A DNA stretch of 64,000 nt from Octopus vulgaris. Its lineage: Eukaryota. The stretch covers positions 60,822,001-60,886,000 of the forward strand of contig OX597826.1 of assembly GCA_951406725.2 (NCBI GenBank). Reading direction: 5' to 3'. A program made the position numbers and the translations under genes. This document shows, one piece after another, positions 13,894-28,360 of this stretch. The notes below the pieces were generated by a model. The model saw only the letters and a program-made list of their open reading frames with translations, did not search any database and was not told where the DNA came from. How positions within the stretch are numbered: the stretch's first letter is position 1; every line of letters begins with the position of its first letter.

Positions 13894-14789
13894 CATACAT
13901 ACGTACGTATATACATGCATGCATATATAAATAGATACATGCATGCATACTTAAGTAGGTAGACTGATCGATAGATAATATGCATATAAATGTGTGTGTG
14001 TGTGTCTCTCTCTCTCTCTCTGTCTCTGTCTCTCTCTCTCTTTGCATGTGCGTGTGTGTATGGATAGAAAACATACATTCATGGATATGCATATATAAAT
14101 ATACGCATATATCTGTGTAAGAATATATACACACATCTATATAAGAACAAGAAACAGGTAAATATATGAATATATATATGCATATACACTCACCACCACC
14201 ACAACCACCACCACACACACGGACACATATAAACATACATTTTCGAAAACTAAATTCAAGTATATACAAACGTGGTCAGTTTATATATATATGTGAATGT
14301 ATATGGCTGTTCACTGGATAAAAAAAAACCCTCCTTACAAATATATGCACAGACACACACAGACGCACACTAACACACACACACACATACACACACATAC
14401 ACACACATTTATGTAAACTAAATTCAAATGGCTAATTTGTTATTCCAATTCACTATAATAAAAGATCAATTGAAACGAAGTATCTATTTTTGTCTATTTC
14501 CCATCATAAATAAACTATTCTAGCACAAACATAAGGTGCAATAAATTCATTTATCTCCCTTTTCTTTTATATATCTCTTCCATTGTTGTTGTTCGTGTTA
14601 TTAGTTTTGCTTCGCAAACCCTTTGCGGCGCAACTTTGGATGTTTTTATACAAAAATAAAATAATATTTTATGTTGTCTGTTCCATTGTATGTTATCAAA
14701 TCTTTGAATAGAATTTTGAGATATTTCATACTGAGTAACTGAAAAAACAAATTTGCATATATAAGTACATGCATACAAACACTTATATC

Positions 14790-15034
14790 TACATATATAT
14801 GTGTGTGTGTGTGTCTGTGTGTGTCTGTGTGTGTGTATATATATATATATGTGTATGTGTGTATGTGTGTGTGTGTGAATATACAAAATTAAGTTGCGTG
14901 AAGAAACGTACATTTTGTACAGACATACACACACACAAACACACACACGCGTGCACACACACACACACACACACAAACACACATACACTCACACAAACAC
15001 ACACATACACTCATACAAACACACACACGCGTGC

Positions 15035-15066
<32 letters not shown>

Positions 15067-15229
15067 TCACACAAACACACACATATATAGCGACATACAT
15101 ACAAACGCAGGTTTATATGTCTTCTCTGACTGTGTTTAAGTGTTTTTGTATGAATTTGTGTACAAATTTTGCCATGTGTAAAATTCCCTACTATGGTTAC
15201 GAAGGCAAGTCATATACTTGTCTGAAAAA

Positions 15230-15274
<45 letters not shown>

Positions 15275-15340
15275 AATAGATACATAAGTATGGATTTATA
15301 TATATGCACACATACACAAACCCACACACACATAGGTGTG

Positions 15341-15393
<53 letters not shown>

Positions 15394-15498
15394 TTAAAAA
15401 TATATCTGCATATAAACATAAATATTGTGTATGTGTATATATACATGAGCGTGTATAGATAGATAGATAGATATATAGATAGATAGTCAGATAGATAT

Positions 15499-15590
<92 letters not shown>
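14790..15590. repeat. Microsatellite cluster (TG)n/(CA)n/(TA)n/(GATA)n
   Basis: Directly visible. Confidence 0.9.
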
Positions 15591-16198
15591 AGATACACAT
15601 ATATAGCTGTTGTATTTGTCTAGCAAATGACATGATCTGAGCGCGCACGCTGAAACTGAAGCAATTACATCGAAAGAAAGTCATTCCGATATAGAAATCT
15701 TTCAATATAATTTCTTTTTTCCAGATTATCGTGCACACGTGTTACTTTCTTTTACTTGATCCATACATTTTGACAGCGCTTTATAAATTATTTTACAATT
15801 TATATATCAGAAACCCGATTCAATTACAGTACAGAAATATTTCCAAATATGATATATTTATACATAGCGGACGGGGTCGGGATACAGTCAAAACTTACCT
15901 TCAACCAAGAAAAGAAGAAGAAGAGGAAACAGAAATGGAAAATAACGACAAAATTAGATGCCAAGTTGAATGTAATGTATTTGTAGACTCAACATAACTA
16001 AAAACGCCAAATGGTCTTATATTTTAGTAGGAACAAATTTCAGTGTACATGGATTGACGGAAGTCTGGAACGAAACGATTGCGCGTATCTGTTCGGACGT
16101 TTCAATTTTGGCACGGCTGAGTGGGTATTCAGCTTTTTCCGTTGACTATTTATTGAATGTTGGAAGCAAACAACTACACTCGCACGCACACATATATA

Positions 16199-16419
16199 TA
16201 TTTCTTTACTACCCACAAGGGGCTACACACAGAGGGGACAAATAAGGACAGACAAACGGATTACGTCGACCCCAGTGCGTAACTGGTACTTAATTTATCG
16301 ACCCCGAAAGGATGAAAGGCAAAGTCGACCTCGGCGGAATTTGAACTCAGAACGTAACGGCAGGCGAAATACAGCTACGCATTTCGCCCAGCGTGCTAAC
16401 GTTTCTGCCAGCTCGCCGC
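16199..16419 (-). mobile_element. SINE family A, full length, long tail
   Basis: High similarity to 13456-13687. Confidence 0.88.
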
Positions 16420-16579
16420 ACACATATATAAACACGCATTCTCTCTCTCTCTCCCTCTCTCCCTCTCTTTCCCCTTCTCTCTCTCTCTCTCTCTCTCTCA
16501 TGTTCATGGAATCCATATCTGTCCAATTTTCAAACTGAAAGACAAGAGAAAGACAGGAAAATAAAACTGAGACCGATCA

Positions 16580-16743
16580 TATCATGAGTTCCAGGAATGC
16601 TTCCATCAATGGAAACAGCGTTGGATTAAGTGTGTGTGGCTTCCGAAGGGTACTATTTTGAAGAAGATTAAATGCCAGATTAATACGTGTTTTCGTCTTG
16701 TTTTTATAGCACCAGTCCTGATACTTATTGATCAGACCTCGTG
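16580..16743 (+). mobile_element. Mariner 3' remnant
   Basis: Encodes EFQECFHQWKQRWIKCVASEGYYFEED* (mariner C-terminus), then a TIR-like end GATACTTATTGATCAGACCTCGTG|TA. Confidence 0.75.
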
Positions 16744-17072
16744 TATTTATATAAAATACAAAATGGGACAAGAACGCAAAACATCCGGACAACTAGGTGA
16801 TACAAAAAGGGACAACAAAACATCCAGATAGGCGATACAAAAAAAAAAACAAGGACGGGTCATTCGAAGCTTTCTATCCTCAGTCAAGAGCAGAATCACC
16901 CTCGCAATTTCGGCTGATTAGTCTTGAGATTGCTCCAATCTGGCCAGACCCAAAGAAAAACTAAGCTAAGAGCATTAGATTCCTTGGAAGGAAGCATCGA
17001 ATGTATATGAAAACAAGGACGGAAAAACAGACGATGTTACACAAATATAAATACAAAATACAATAAAAATAG

Positions 17073-17233
<161 letters not shown>

Positions 17234-17387
17234 GGACATAACAACAGGTGTCTTTCGACTGGGGACGAATTGAATTCAGCTGGCGTGTGTGGAAATGAAG
17301 CCTTATGGCAGAGATACAAAACTTTCACAAACACAGGGAATAATATCGATGGTACACTGACCACGGTCAGACGCAAAACGAGGGCTA

Positions 17388-17472
17388 GCAGCCTGGCCTA
17401 TCGGTAGATGAATGTGAGCACCGCGACGCCTAATCACGGAGGTGTGAGTTCGAGTCTCATAGCCGGCTGCCA
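17388..17472 (+). pseudogene. tRNA-Arg(CCT)-like pseudogene or orphan SINE head
   Basis: GCAGCC/GGCTGC acceptor-like pairing; A box TGGCCTATCGG; arm CCGCGA-CGCCTAA-TCACGG; T arm TGTGAG-TTCGAGT-CTCATA; T-run at 17478-17482. Confidence 0.6.
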
Positions 17473-17827
17473 ACACGTTTTTCTGCAAAATAGGGGTAGC
17501 TTATCCTGGTCAGGGTATATTATTAGCATTATACTGCGTTTGAGAATTTAAAATCGCTTCTTTAACTTTCTAAGACATCTCAACGTTTCTAAAGCAAACT
17601 TCGTTTGTTGTTTACGTTCATCGTAATTTGAATTTACTTACACACATATATCGAGATATATGTATACGACGGACTTCTTTCAGTTTCCGCGTACCGAATC
17701 CACACACAAGTCTTTGGTCGGCTCGAGGTAGTAGTAGACACTTGACCTATGTATCACACCCACGCTTGTGCCTATATATATATACATACACACATACATA
17801 CTTACACACATACATACTTACACACAT

Positions 17828-17887
<60 letters not shown>

Positions 17888-18660
17888 TGTCAATTTTGTA
17901 TGGTATCGAATAACAAGGAGGAAAGCAGTTTGTCATATAAGAAACACTATTACTATGGTTGAGAGGTTTCGTTAAACATTTCTTTTGGGTGTGGTTGTGT
18001 TAATTGTTGTCTTATAGCATCCTTTACTACAGTGATAGCGTGCGTGGGAGGATATCAATTTTGTAACATTAATTACTTTGCATTCTTCATTATGAACTGT
18101 CAGCCTCTTCCCCACCAGTTGTAATTACCTACTGTACACAACACTATCATCACCACCACCACTAACATCATCATCCCGCCATCAGTTCCAATAAGCAAAA
18201 GTACAAAGGAGTATCTTCGATGTTATTCGTTCTGTTAGAAACGGCAGCCAAATCTTACTGAAATCACATCTTATCTTTTAAGATTGTATTGTGTTGGCCT
18301 GAATTCCATGAATAAATGAAAAAAGTGGTGTGGTCTGTACTGGTATTTTATTGCGTTACCAGATAGAGCGTATTATTCTATAAGGGTTACAAATCGTCAT
18401 TGGTTGTGGAATTCTCGATAAAGGCCACAGATCTGGATAACACGTGATTGCCTAACTTTGTATTTCCAGCACGTAACTTGTCTTAACACGGCACAGCGAT
18501 ATGGGATGAAATGATCAGACCTTTTACTACATGAGTTTGAGAAATGATGAACTAGTTTCGTTTGGGAAACTCTACTGACATTGACAAAATTGCAAAGAAA
18601 ATCGGAATAAGGTAGCTGTTGAGAGAATTGCGGAGTGTATGCTTGCCAGAGCTTAAAATA

Positions 18661-19228
18661 TTGGGTTGTCAGGAAAGTTAATGCCGATTTTTAAAAGAAA
18701 GAAAAAGGTCAATAAATACTTGCCATTACATTTTTAATCAACCAAATATGAACCATTTTGTTGCCCAATGCATCTCCATCTTTACTTTAACTTGAATATA
18801 CCCTCTTCACAGAATTGAGGTGGTTTCATGCCAAATAATTCATCAAGGTATCTTTTTTATGTCATCCAAGGAATTGAAATTTTTTCCCTTAAGACTATTC
18901 TGCAGAGACCTGAATAAGTGGAAATCCGAAGGAGCAATATCTGGTGAATATGGAGGGTGGGGTAACACATCCCAGCGGAGCTGCAGCAATTTTTGTCTCG
19001 TTCCCAAAGCATCAAGTGCCAAAAATGAACTTTCTTATTTTCCATTTTAAAGGGTTACAGAATTAACACAGGTTATAGGAACATAAAACCTTCTTCCACG
19101 AAAAGATAGCTTAAACTGTACTCTAAATGGAGGTGTAATCAAATCCTATTTTATGGAATCAACCATGTTCTAAAATAAGTCGAAATGTGAGCTACTATAA
19201 ATCGGCACGAACTTTCCGGACAACCCAA
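18661..19228 (-). mobile_element. Internally deleted mariner with both TIRs
   Basis: TIRs TTGGGTTGTCAGGAAAGTT..GCCGATTT and AAATCGGC..AACTTTCCGGACAACCCAA, TA on both sides; minus strand encodes WDVLPHPPYSPDIAPSDFHLFRSLQNSL. Confidence 0.92.
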
Positions 19229-20968
19229 TATTTCTGGGTTAACGGCTGCACGTAAACAATGGATATATGCCTGGTTCTCTTGCTTCCCGTTGACCCATAC
19301 TGGAACCAGTGTCTTCTGAATTTTGACTCTTTGCCTAGGCTAGGAAATTTATAAAACGTTAAAGTGTAAAAAAAAGGTGGAAATACTTTTTGTGAACTAT
19401 GTATACGGTAATCTAGGATTTCTACTCGGGAATCACAGAGATTCATGAGAGATAAGTGAATTTACATTTTGATAAGCTTTTGAATGGCTTAATTTAGCTT
19501 TAAATGTGTACATGCATCTCTGCCAAAATTTGTAAAATAGCTTATTCATGCCCAAGACTATATTGCTTGATATCCTATGAATCTATACACATATTATGTC
19601 TTGCTTTTGATAAAGATCCAAACTAAAGTCCTACCGACGTTATATGTAAGCATCATTAAACGTATGTCTTCAGATTCACCTATAAACACACGGACCTATA
19701 AATAAATATACTTAATGTTGAACTGCTAAAATTTTAGCTCTGGTTCGCAGCAAAATTCTTAACCACTGGTCGTGCATAAGAACGAAAGTCTGAACACAGC
19801 AATAAAATATCGGATACTAGCTTACCAAATTAATTATAAAATACTTTCATCATCAAATACTTCTTTGAATACTTTACTTATTCAATATATGTATGTTTAA
19901 ATATAAAACATATACTTAAATATCAATTGTTTATGTCTACTTTATAGCAATGAATATATTTGAAATTAAATTTTAGACTAATCTATACAGCGATCAGTCA
20001 ATCAATGGATATTAAAACAAAGTAGATTTATTTGAAAAAAAAAACGAAGTAAAGATTATATTTTTACTTCAAGAAAAACAAATCAATGATCTCAATAAAC
20101 AGTTAAAGAACATATTGTTCGCATATAGCAATAAGACTGTTTTCAAATACTTTACAATCACCAGCATGCTTTTATGTGTGATTGCACCATCGCCATTCGC
20201 TTTCTCTCAAATAACAATCAAATGAGACTTCTGATGTACCATTGCTCCGCCTAAATTATTTTTATTGGCATGAAATCAAAAGACTTCTTACACTGCGTCA
20301 GTGTGTGCGTGTATGTATGTGTGTATGTATGTGTGTAAGTGGTTAGTGCGTGCATTTGTGTGTGTGTTTGTTTGTGTGTGTGTATGTGTGTGTATGTGTG
20401 TGTGTGTGTGCGTGTGTTTGTGTGTGTGAGTGTGTGTGTGTAGATGATTGTTTGAAGGATTAGCGAAATTCCTACAGCGATTCATATTATATTGAGTCTG
20501 CTACGTACAGCAACAACTATTTACGTTTATGCTTAAAGAAGAAAATCATTCAACAATAAGAAGGATCAGAAAGACTAACAAGAAAATTAATTGGTATAAT
20601 ATTTGATACGATACAGTTCTTTGAACTATATATATATATATGGGGGGGGAGATGAGAGAGAGGGGAAGAGAGAGTTATGATGACAGATTATAGCAGGGAC
20701 GTGGTTCAAGCCAGTTCCTCGAAGAATCATACACATATGCAAATACTATGACAGATTAAAACAATTAGATTGGTCAGAAAGAACAATACATCAAAGAGCG
20801 ACAAATGCCTACAGATACAGTGACGTATTAAAGTATTATAGGTCAAGTAGAGACGAATAAGAACAATACCTTAAGTTAAGTGCCCATTAAGTTTCAGCTG
20901 AATAAATGTTTGAGCAAAAACGCTCCAGTCATGACTATGTTTCCCTTTTTATATATGACGGTGTACAT

Positions 20969-21211
20969 CAAGAGTTCTCAACTGGCGTCCATACGGCCCT
21001 TGTGGGGACCATATAAGATTTTGTAGTTGAAATTTATTTGTAATAAGTTGGTTATACTTCAACAATATTTTCACAATATTTTTATAGAATTCCTAATCCT
21101 ATTTAATTTTTAAAATATAATGGTTTTTAAACTTCGAATAGCTATGATAGTCTATCCCAGTAAAATAGGAATCAAAGGGATATACAGGTAAAAAGGGGTT
21201 CAGAAGCACTG
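20969..21211. mobile_element. Old hAT-type MITE
   Basis: Ends CAAGAGTTCTCAAC and GTTCAGAAGCACTG; imperfect 8-bp TSD GTGTACAT / GTCTTCAT. Confidence 0.55.
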
Positions 21212-22005
21212 GTCTTCATTATTTTATGTCTTTCCTGATTTAGGAGGTAGAATGTGATTCTTAGGGAGGAAGCTGTACGATCACTACTAAATAGTATTTA
21301 ATCTTAAATCTGTATCATTAGGGTTGACCAACGAATAAACAATAACAGCAACAAAACCAACAGTTAATTTTAGAGACAGGTAGGGTGGAAGGAAGCTTAT
21401 GTGTATTTGGTCACACGGTCAGTCGGTAAGAGACATACCGGTTTCTTTCTTATTTCACATGAGGAAGTGTAAAGTTTAATAACTCGACGTCTGAGGATCC
21501 AACCGTCGGGTGTTCGACTATCCGCAGTGATAGCTGTTTTCAGTGATGAAGGCTTATGTAGGACCAAACACCCTTTTTAGAAATGCTGATATCAGGAATT
21601 TGATAGAAATGTTAGCATGGAGCTTTCTATTAGAAATCCCTATCTCCGGTGTTAGTTGTACTGTGCAAACACTATACAAGACAAAGAATCTAAAGATGAG
21701 CTTTGCTCAGAGCTTCTCAATAAAGTAAACGAACTTATCGAAATTTCCCAAACTTTACAAATGCATAATCGGCAACATAGATGAGTTTCCCCACATAGTT
21801 CGATGGTTAAGCTACGCAATAATCAACAAGACCTCATGAGACCTTGTCTCCAGTCTAATGGTATCAGGGAAATGCGTAATGGCATTTTCAAAAATTTAAT
21901 TAAAATAACATTCATTTCTAGAGAGTCACATTAGCGATTTGCATAATATCCGGAAGTAAAGACATGATCAAATTAACATTCTCGTTACTTGCTTGGATAG
22001 CCATT

Positions 22006-22007
<2 letters not shown>

Positions 22008-22055
<48 letters not shown>

Positions 22056-22305
22056 TATTATTATTCAAGTAATAGTGATGATGGTGGTGGTGGTGGTGCT
22101 GATGTTGGTGTATGTGGTGGTGGTGGTGGTGGTGGTGGTGGTGGTGGTGGTGGTGGTGGTAGTGATGATGGTGATGGTGGTGGTAGTGGTGGTGGTGGTG
22201 GTGGTGGTAGTGGTGGTGGCGGTGGTGGTGGTAGTGGTGGTGGTGATGGTGATGGTGGTAGTGCTGGTGGTGATGGTGGTAGTGGCGGTGGTGGTGGTGG
22301 TGGGG
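22008..22305. repeat. (TTA)n then (GGT)n arrays
   Basis: Directly visible. Confidence 0.95.
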
Positions 22306-22644
22306 GGGAGTTAATGGTTATGATGATGCTATTAGTGTTGTACTGTTAACGTCGTCGTCATCGTCGCCGTCGTCGTCGCCATAGCTAGGGATATTGTTTC
22401 AACTAGCTAATTAAGGAATTTCACTACTAGTGAAAATAAGAAGGACGAGAACATTCCAGATTATAATGAGAAAATAACAAAAGTACCAATAACAGCAACA
22501 GAAGCATCAGCATGAGCAACAACAACAACATCAACAACAACAACACATAAAACAACACTACAGTGCAAATAAGAGATAAAAGATTACATTAAGATAGGAC
22601 GTAACGGAAGAGCACCTAGTTATGAATATATATATGTGTGTGTG

Positions 22645-22713
<69 letters not shown>

Positions 22714-23559
22714 GTGTGTGCGTGTGTGTGTGTAAGGCGTACTAGATCAGATATTGGACGATTAAGTAAGGCTGTATATATATATCCCTAATTCTCTGTT
22801 GAACTCCAGGTCAGAAATTTTCTGTGGTTGCATACATAAGTATAAATATATTTTGAAGAATTGGAAAATTCCGCCTATTCCTGAGTGACTTGATATCTTT
22901 CCAGTCTCATCATTTAATGTCTAAAGAAGATAGCTCTTTTACGTTTTTACTTTCATTTTTTTACATTTTAGTTTCTGTTTTTCGTATTCCGTTGTTTACT
23001 GTCTGCGTTTTCTACATGCTGCCTTTAAAAATTTTTTTTGCGTTTCTGCTATTATTCAATTTCTTTAGTTCGTGGTTTGCGCCTGAAAAATATGATTGAG
23101 TTTTCTCAGCATATAAAACTATTAGTAGCGCTTTAATACATGTACTATGACCTTTGAATATATAACATTTATCTCTCACCAAATGGAGTACTTATTTGTT
23201 GAATTTTCTGGCACGTACCCGCACATGATATATATATATATATTTATATACATGCATATATTTTCATACACATATTCGTTCATTTATGCTCACATACACA
23301 TTGAACTGCATCCGGTGTCGAGGTTTCTGTTCGCAGTTCTGGAGAATATGTGGAGTGGATCATTCCTTAATTATCAATACTCCGGGATTCTTTCTGACCC
23401 GGAACGGTAGTACCTGTCAGGTCCATCCACAGTTTAAATAGACTTTCCAGTGGTATAAAAGGCTCCCGTTATTCATGATCACACTGTCGGAAGGGAAACT
23501 CTTCTAAGAGATAGATACTCCGACATAAAACTTGCAACTGGAATAGCAATATTTGTCAC

Positions 23560-23710
23560 TGTTTCTGAGTTCAAATTCCGCTGATGTCGACTTTTCCTTT
23601 CATCCTTCGGGGTCGATAAATTAAGTACCATTTGCGGAGTGGGATCGATCTAATCTACTAGCCCCTTCCCCAAAAATTTCGGGCCCTGTGCCTGGAGTAG
23701 AAAAGAGTAC
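23560..23710 (+). mobile_element. SINE family A, 5'-truncated, alternative tail
   Basis: CTGAGTTCAAATTCCG...TTCATCCTTCGGGGTCGATAAATTAAGTACCA. Confidence 0.75.
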
Positions 23711-24299
23711 TTATCACTTTTATCTACTATGGAGACGAAATGAGTGACAAATGTGTCGTATAAGCTATTGTCACTTAAATCCAATGAAGTATATTTGTCT
23801 CACTGTCATGTGAAACGGCTATCATCTGACAAGATGAGGCAATCATCACAAATATGTATATATCCATACAAATATGAACACTTATACACAACACACATAA
23901 TCAGAGGTATTTGCATTCATGCATTCCTAGCAGTCAACGATGAAATCAAAAAATTCATACTATGTAACAGCCAGTCTTTGTCCAATTCTCATTGGTCACA
24001 TAAAAAGGGCTGACAAAATTCTCGTAATGTAAACCAACGTAGCTTTTCGTATTGAGCGATGGATTTTTCCTCTTCTATCTTGGAACTCATATACACATAC
24101 GGGGTGTCATTCACATAATGTTACAAATCAATCCCTGGCCTGAGCATCAGAGGCTAGCACAGTTTTGAAATTATCAGTCTTTCTAATGTTGATTGACCTT
24201 CGTAAAAGGCGAAACAAAAAAGCTTAACTAAAACCTAGTAAATGACAAATGTCAGAAATATCAATGAACATTGATAAGAATTAATAATACCCTCTAATA

Positions 24300-24510
24300 A
24301 ATGCACAAGGACTCAAATTTTAGAGGACAGCGATAATCAATTCCCCCCCCCCCCCCCAGTGCTCGAATGCTACTGTATTTTATCGTCACTGAAAGGATGA
24401 AAGGAAAGTCTGCTTCGAGTAAAAAGAACTCAAAGCGTAACCAGCCTGCAGAAAGGCCGCAAAGCATTCTGTCTTGCGTGCTAAAGATTCTACCAGCTCA
24501 CCGCCTCAAT
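24300..24510 (-). mobile_element. SINE family A, degenerate
   Basis: GAAAGGATGAAAGG...GCGTGCTAAAGATTCTACCAGCTCACCGCC. Confidence 0.65.
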
Positions 24511-25534
24511 AAGAGATCGTAATAAAGCTGAAACATTTCTGGGTTGTTCCTCTACTTGCAGAAAACTCAAACTAACCACGTTCTTATTTCTACTTTGTAA
24601 TCGGAGGGTTGACAGAATCGTTACTCCACTGGACAAATTGCTTAGCGTTCGTTTTCACGTTCTGAGTCCAAATTCATCTTTCCAGGGGCAATAGAATAAG
24701 CACCAGTGGAGCACAAGGGTCGATGTAATCGAAATGCACCTCTCCAAACACCGATGGTCTCGTACCAAAATTTGACCGAATTATTTCTACTTATTAAATA
24801 GTCATTTAATTATAAACATTACTGCAAGTTTAATTGGTTTTCATTGCGGTTGCACTCATTTGTGTTCTGTATTCTCTAAACAATTCTAATTTCTACATTA
24901 CCTAGTGTAATGCCACTATTATCTACTAATAACTATTATCTACTAAAGATCACATCGTTACACAGGATATATTCACATAGCTTTTGTATTAACTTTTAAC
25001 ATTTTGGTATTAAGCTTAAACTTGTTTCTAAAATTTGAGTATTAAAATTAGTTTTAACCTCTTCATGGGGAATCTTCTTTTGAATTCATCTAAACTTTCA
25101 ATAAATGTTCTGTAGATCACCTTTGTACCTGACATTCGCAGCAAGCCGAGTAGTTCTTCATGAACAGGTCTCAAATGACTCCTATTCATAACAGAAATCT
25201 TAATTTTAGTATTATCGTTTCTGAAATGTTAATTTTAGTAATTATTGTTTCTGATTAAGGTATGAGTTTAGCTACAAACAAGAAATTTAACAATATATAT
25301 CAGGGGTTTGACAGGTACATTGCACGCAATATTTCACCGTATCTTATTTCATCAGCCCCAGAATTATGACGGGCAATATTGAGACAAGAGTGATTTGAAC
25401 ACTGAACAAAAGGGTCAGAACTAACTCGCATGGCTCAATGCCAGGCGTTAAGCTCATTTTGCCAATCCCTCACACATTTACATGCATGTCTAAATATACA
25501 TATATAACTGTGACGGATGCACTAATTGTATACA

Positions 25535-25602
<68 letters not shown>

Positions 25603-25748
25603 TAATCCAAACAAGAAAGCACAAAAAAACACAACAACGAGAGGACGTGGCACAAATATAGTATTATTGGACGCTCAGGAAAGAAGGAAAGAAGGAGGGT
25701 TTATATATATATATATATATTGGTAAAAACGGTGAGATGATAAAAGAA

Positions 25749-25797
<49 letters not shown>

Positions 25798-25819
25798 CAT
25801 GCATACATATATATATATA

Positions 25820-27171
25820 GTGAGAATTTACAAAAAAAACAAAAGACGAAGACGGGTGTGTAAACAACAAGCAGATGTGTTAGTTTAACGCTCGGGAAGT
25901 GAGAAAGTCCTTTACGTTTCGAGCCTACGCTCTTCGACAGAAACGAACGCAAAAAGTAAACAGGGGGAGAAAATGGAAAAGGTACAAAGATTGAGAGGGA
26001 GGTGTTCATGGGTTAGTAGTTAAAGGAGTGGAGTAGCTGTAAGTGATTTTGGTTGATGAGGAAATGTTAGAGAAAGAAGAAAGAGTACTTGTGAAGATGG
26101 GGAGGCTGTGATGGAGGCTAGGTGTGATGTGTAAGAGGGCTGTGCAAAGTTAATCATGAGAAGGAATAATTTAGTAGAAAAGGCTGGTATCGGTGGAGGG
26201 GTAGTTGTTTGGTCCACATAGTTGTAATTCAAGTTAGATGATTACACGGCTTTAATAAAATGGGCAAATGGTGAGTAGAACTTCTGTTTAATATATTTAA
26301 TTTGCTTATCTGCATAATTACTTCCATATCTGTTCAACTTGATCCTTTTCATAGCCAATTATTACTTCGCGGAATTCGTCCACTGTAAGGACATTGGAAT
26401 TTTCTATACTAGGAAAGTCTAGATCTCCACCTGTCTGTGTTCGGATTGTCTTTGCGCAGGGGCCATCCGGACTCCCGCCTTCGCCGTGAACAGGAATTAA
26501 TCTTCTCTCTTCACTCCTCTGCGCCACATGGGCTTAACACCCCTCCTATTTTCATTTGGCACCTATTTCCTTTTTTCACTCCTACCCACCTTCTCTCTTC
26601 ATTGATACCCCGCCAACCATACCCCACACCCACATATCCACTCCCACATACTGCAACCCTACCGACACGCCACCACCCCACACACTTCCCCACCCAGCAT
26701 CCACACTACACACCACTACACCACCACATCACATTACACCACCCCACAGCACTCCACACATACTAACACTGACCACTTACCAGCACCCACACCACACACC
26801 ATCATCCATACACCCACACATTACAGACACACACACAGATCCTCACGTCAAAGTCACTAGCCCCTATCCACACACACACACACACATTCTCACATACATA
26901 CACATGCACTCGCACCATCGTTTTGAGATCTCATCTTCTTTCTACCATTCCTGTCAAACCTTCTTTTTCCCAACCAGTTGCCATGCTTGATCTCTAAATT
27001 CACAAGTTTTTTCTTTTATTCTCTCTCTGTTTATTTTCTCTAACTCCTTTCTGTTGAAGAGCATAGGCTCGAAACGTAAAATACTTTCTCACTTTCCCGA
27101 GCGTCAAACTAATACACCTGCTTGTTGTTCATACACCTATCTTCGTCTTTTGTTTTTCTGTAAATTTCAAC
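25820..27171 (+). mobile_element. Penelope-like retroelement remnant with inverted terminal copy
   Basis: 26437-26550 encodes VFGLSLRRGHPDSRLRREQELIFSLHSSAPHGLN (Penelope/Neptune GIY-YIG C-terminal pattern). A hammerhead-like motif lies at 27046-27082. The ~165-bp 3' terminus is inverted at 25820-25985. Both ends abut (TA)n. Confidence 0.8.
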
Positions 27172-27192
27172 TATATATATATACATACATAC

Positions 27193-27292
<100 letters not shown>

Positions 27293-27446
27293 GTTATGAG
27301 AGGTAATGGTGTCAATAAGGCCCAGAGGTGTCAGGTAATGCTGAGTAAGTGCTATGGATAGACCACAGTTAAGCTCCAGGTTCTGTGATTATGCGAATAA
27401 GGAGTGCAACGTAGGTCATATATCAGCATGCGTATATATAAAAAAA

Positions 27447-27730
27447 AATTTTTTGAGAATGAGATAACAAAAACCAAGGTTGTGAAGATATTAGAACATT
27501 TATAAATAGAAGGTCATACAACTGTTTCCAGGATATTTATTATATCCCTTCATCAGAGACGGTGTGACATAATGGTCAAGCAATAGTTAATGCTTAACCA
27601 ATATCTCACAAAGTTTCCGATGAAGGAATAAAATAAATATCCTGGAAATAACTGCAAATAACCTTCTATTTATAAATGTTCTAAAATCTTCACAGCCTTG
27701 ATTTTTTTTATCTCATTCTGAAAAAAAATT
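27447..27730. mobile_element. Fold-back element (~137-bp diverged arms) with hammerhead-like motif in each arm
   Basis: Minus 27513-27560 reads GTCT-CTGATGA-AGGGATAT-AATAA-ATATCCTG-GAAAC-AGTT-GTA-TGAC; decayed plus copy from 27617; short TA runs on both sides. Confidence 0.75.
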
Positions 27731-28325
27731 ATATATATATATATGAATTACATAGACTCATGAATATATATATACAAGCAATTCATTAAGTTGTGTTGTA
27801 TAATGTATACATGTTTGTGTCTGTGCGCGCGCGTGTATAAGTGTGTGTGCGTGTGAGTGTGTGTAGAGCTCTGGCTCGTTTGAAGTTCTCGCACTCCACT
27901 CCAGTATCTAAGGCGGTTCGATGCGGTGCATCAAAACATGGAAAAGACTGACTTGCGGAAAGCAAGCCATGTATTAGCATTGATAAAATACATAAAACAT
28001 ATATGGTATTTTATCCTTTATAAAACATACACGTGTTGCGACAAATTATAGCAAGGATCACATACTTGCTTATTAAAATACATAATTGTGTTAATTACCT
28101 CCTCAGCGCTTAGCAAAAGTATTTTTGCTTAACAATGAAGAGGTGTTTCTTAAAAAACCATATGATGTTTCAACGATCAAGTATGTATTACCGACAATAA
28201 TTCGTGGAAACGAGTGTATGTTTTATGAAGCATCAAATAATTTCTGTATTTTATTAATAGTATATTTATATATATGTTGTTACATAGGCATACATATATG
28301 TATATATGTATGTGTATATGTATAC

Positions 28326-28357
<32 letters not shown>

Positions 28358-28360
28358 TAA

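Noticed and set aside
16770-17070. Possible further Penelope-type terminus (minus ...CAGCCGAAATTGC)
   Set aside because: No recognisable CUGANGA core and no second copy in the window.
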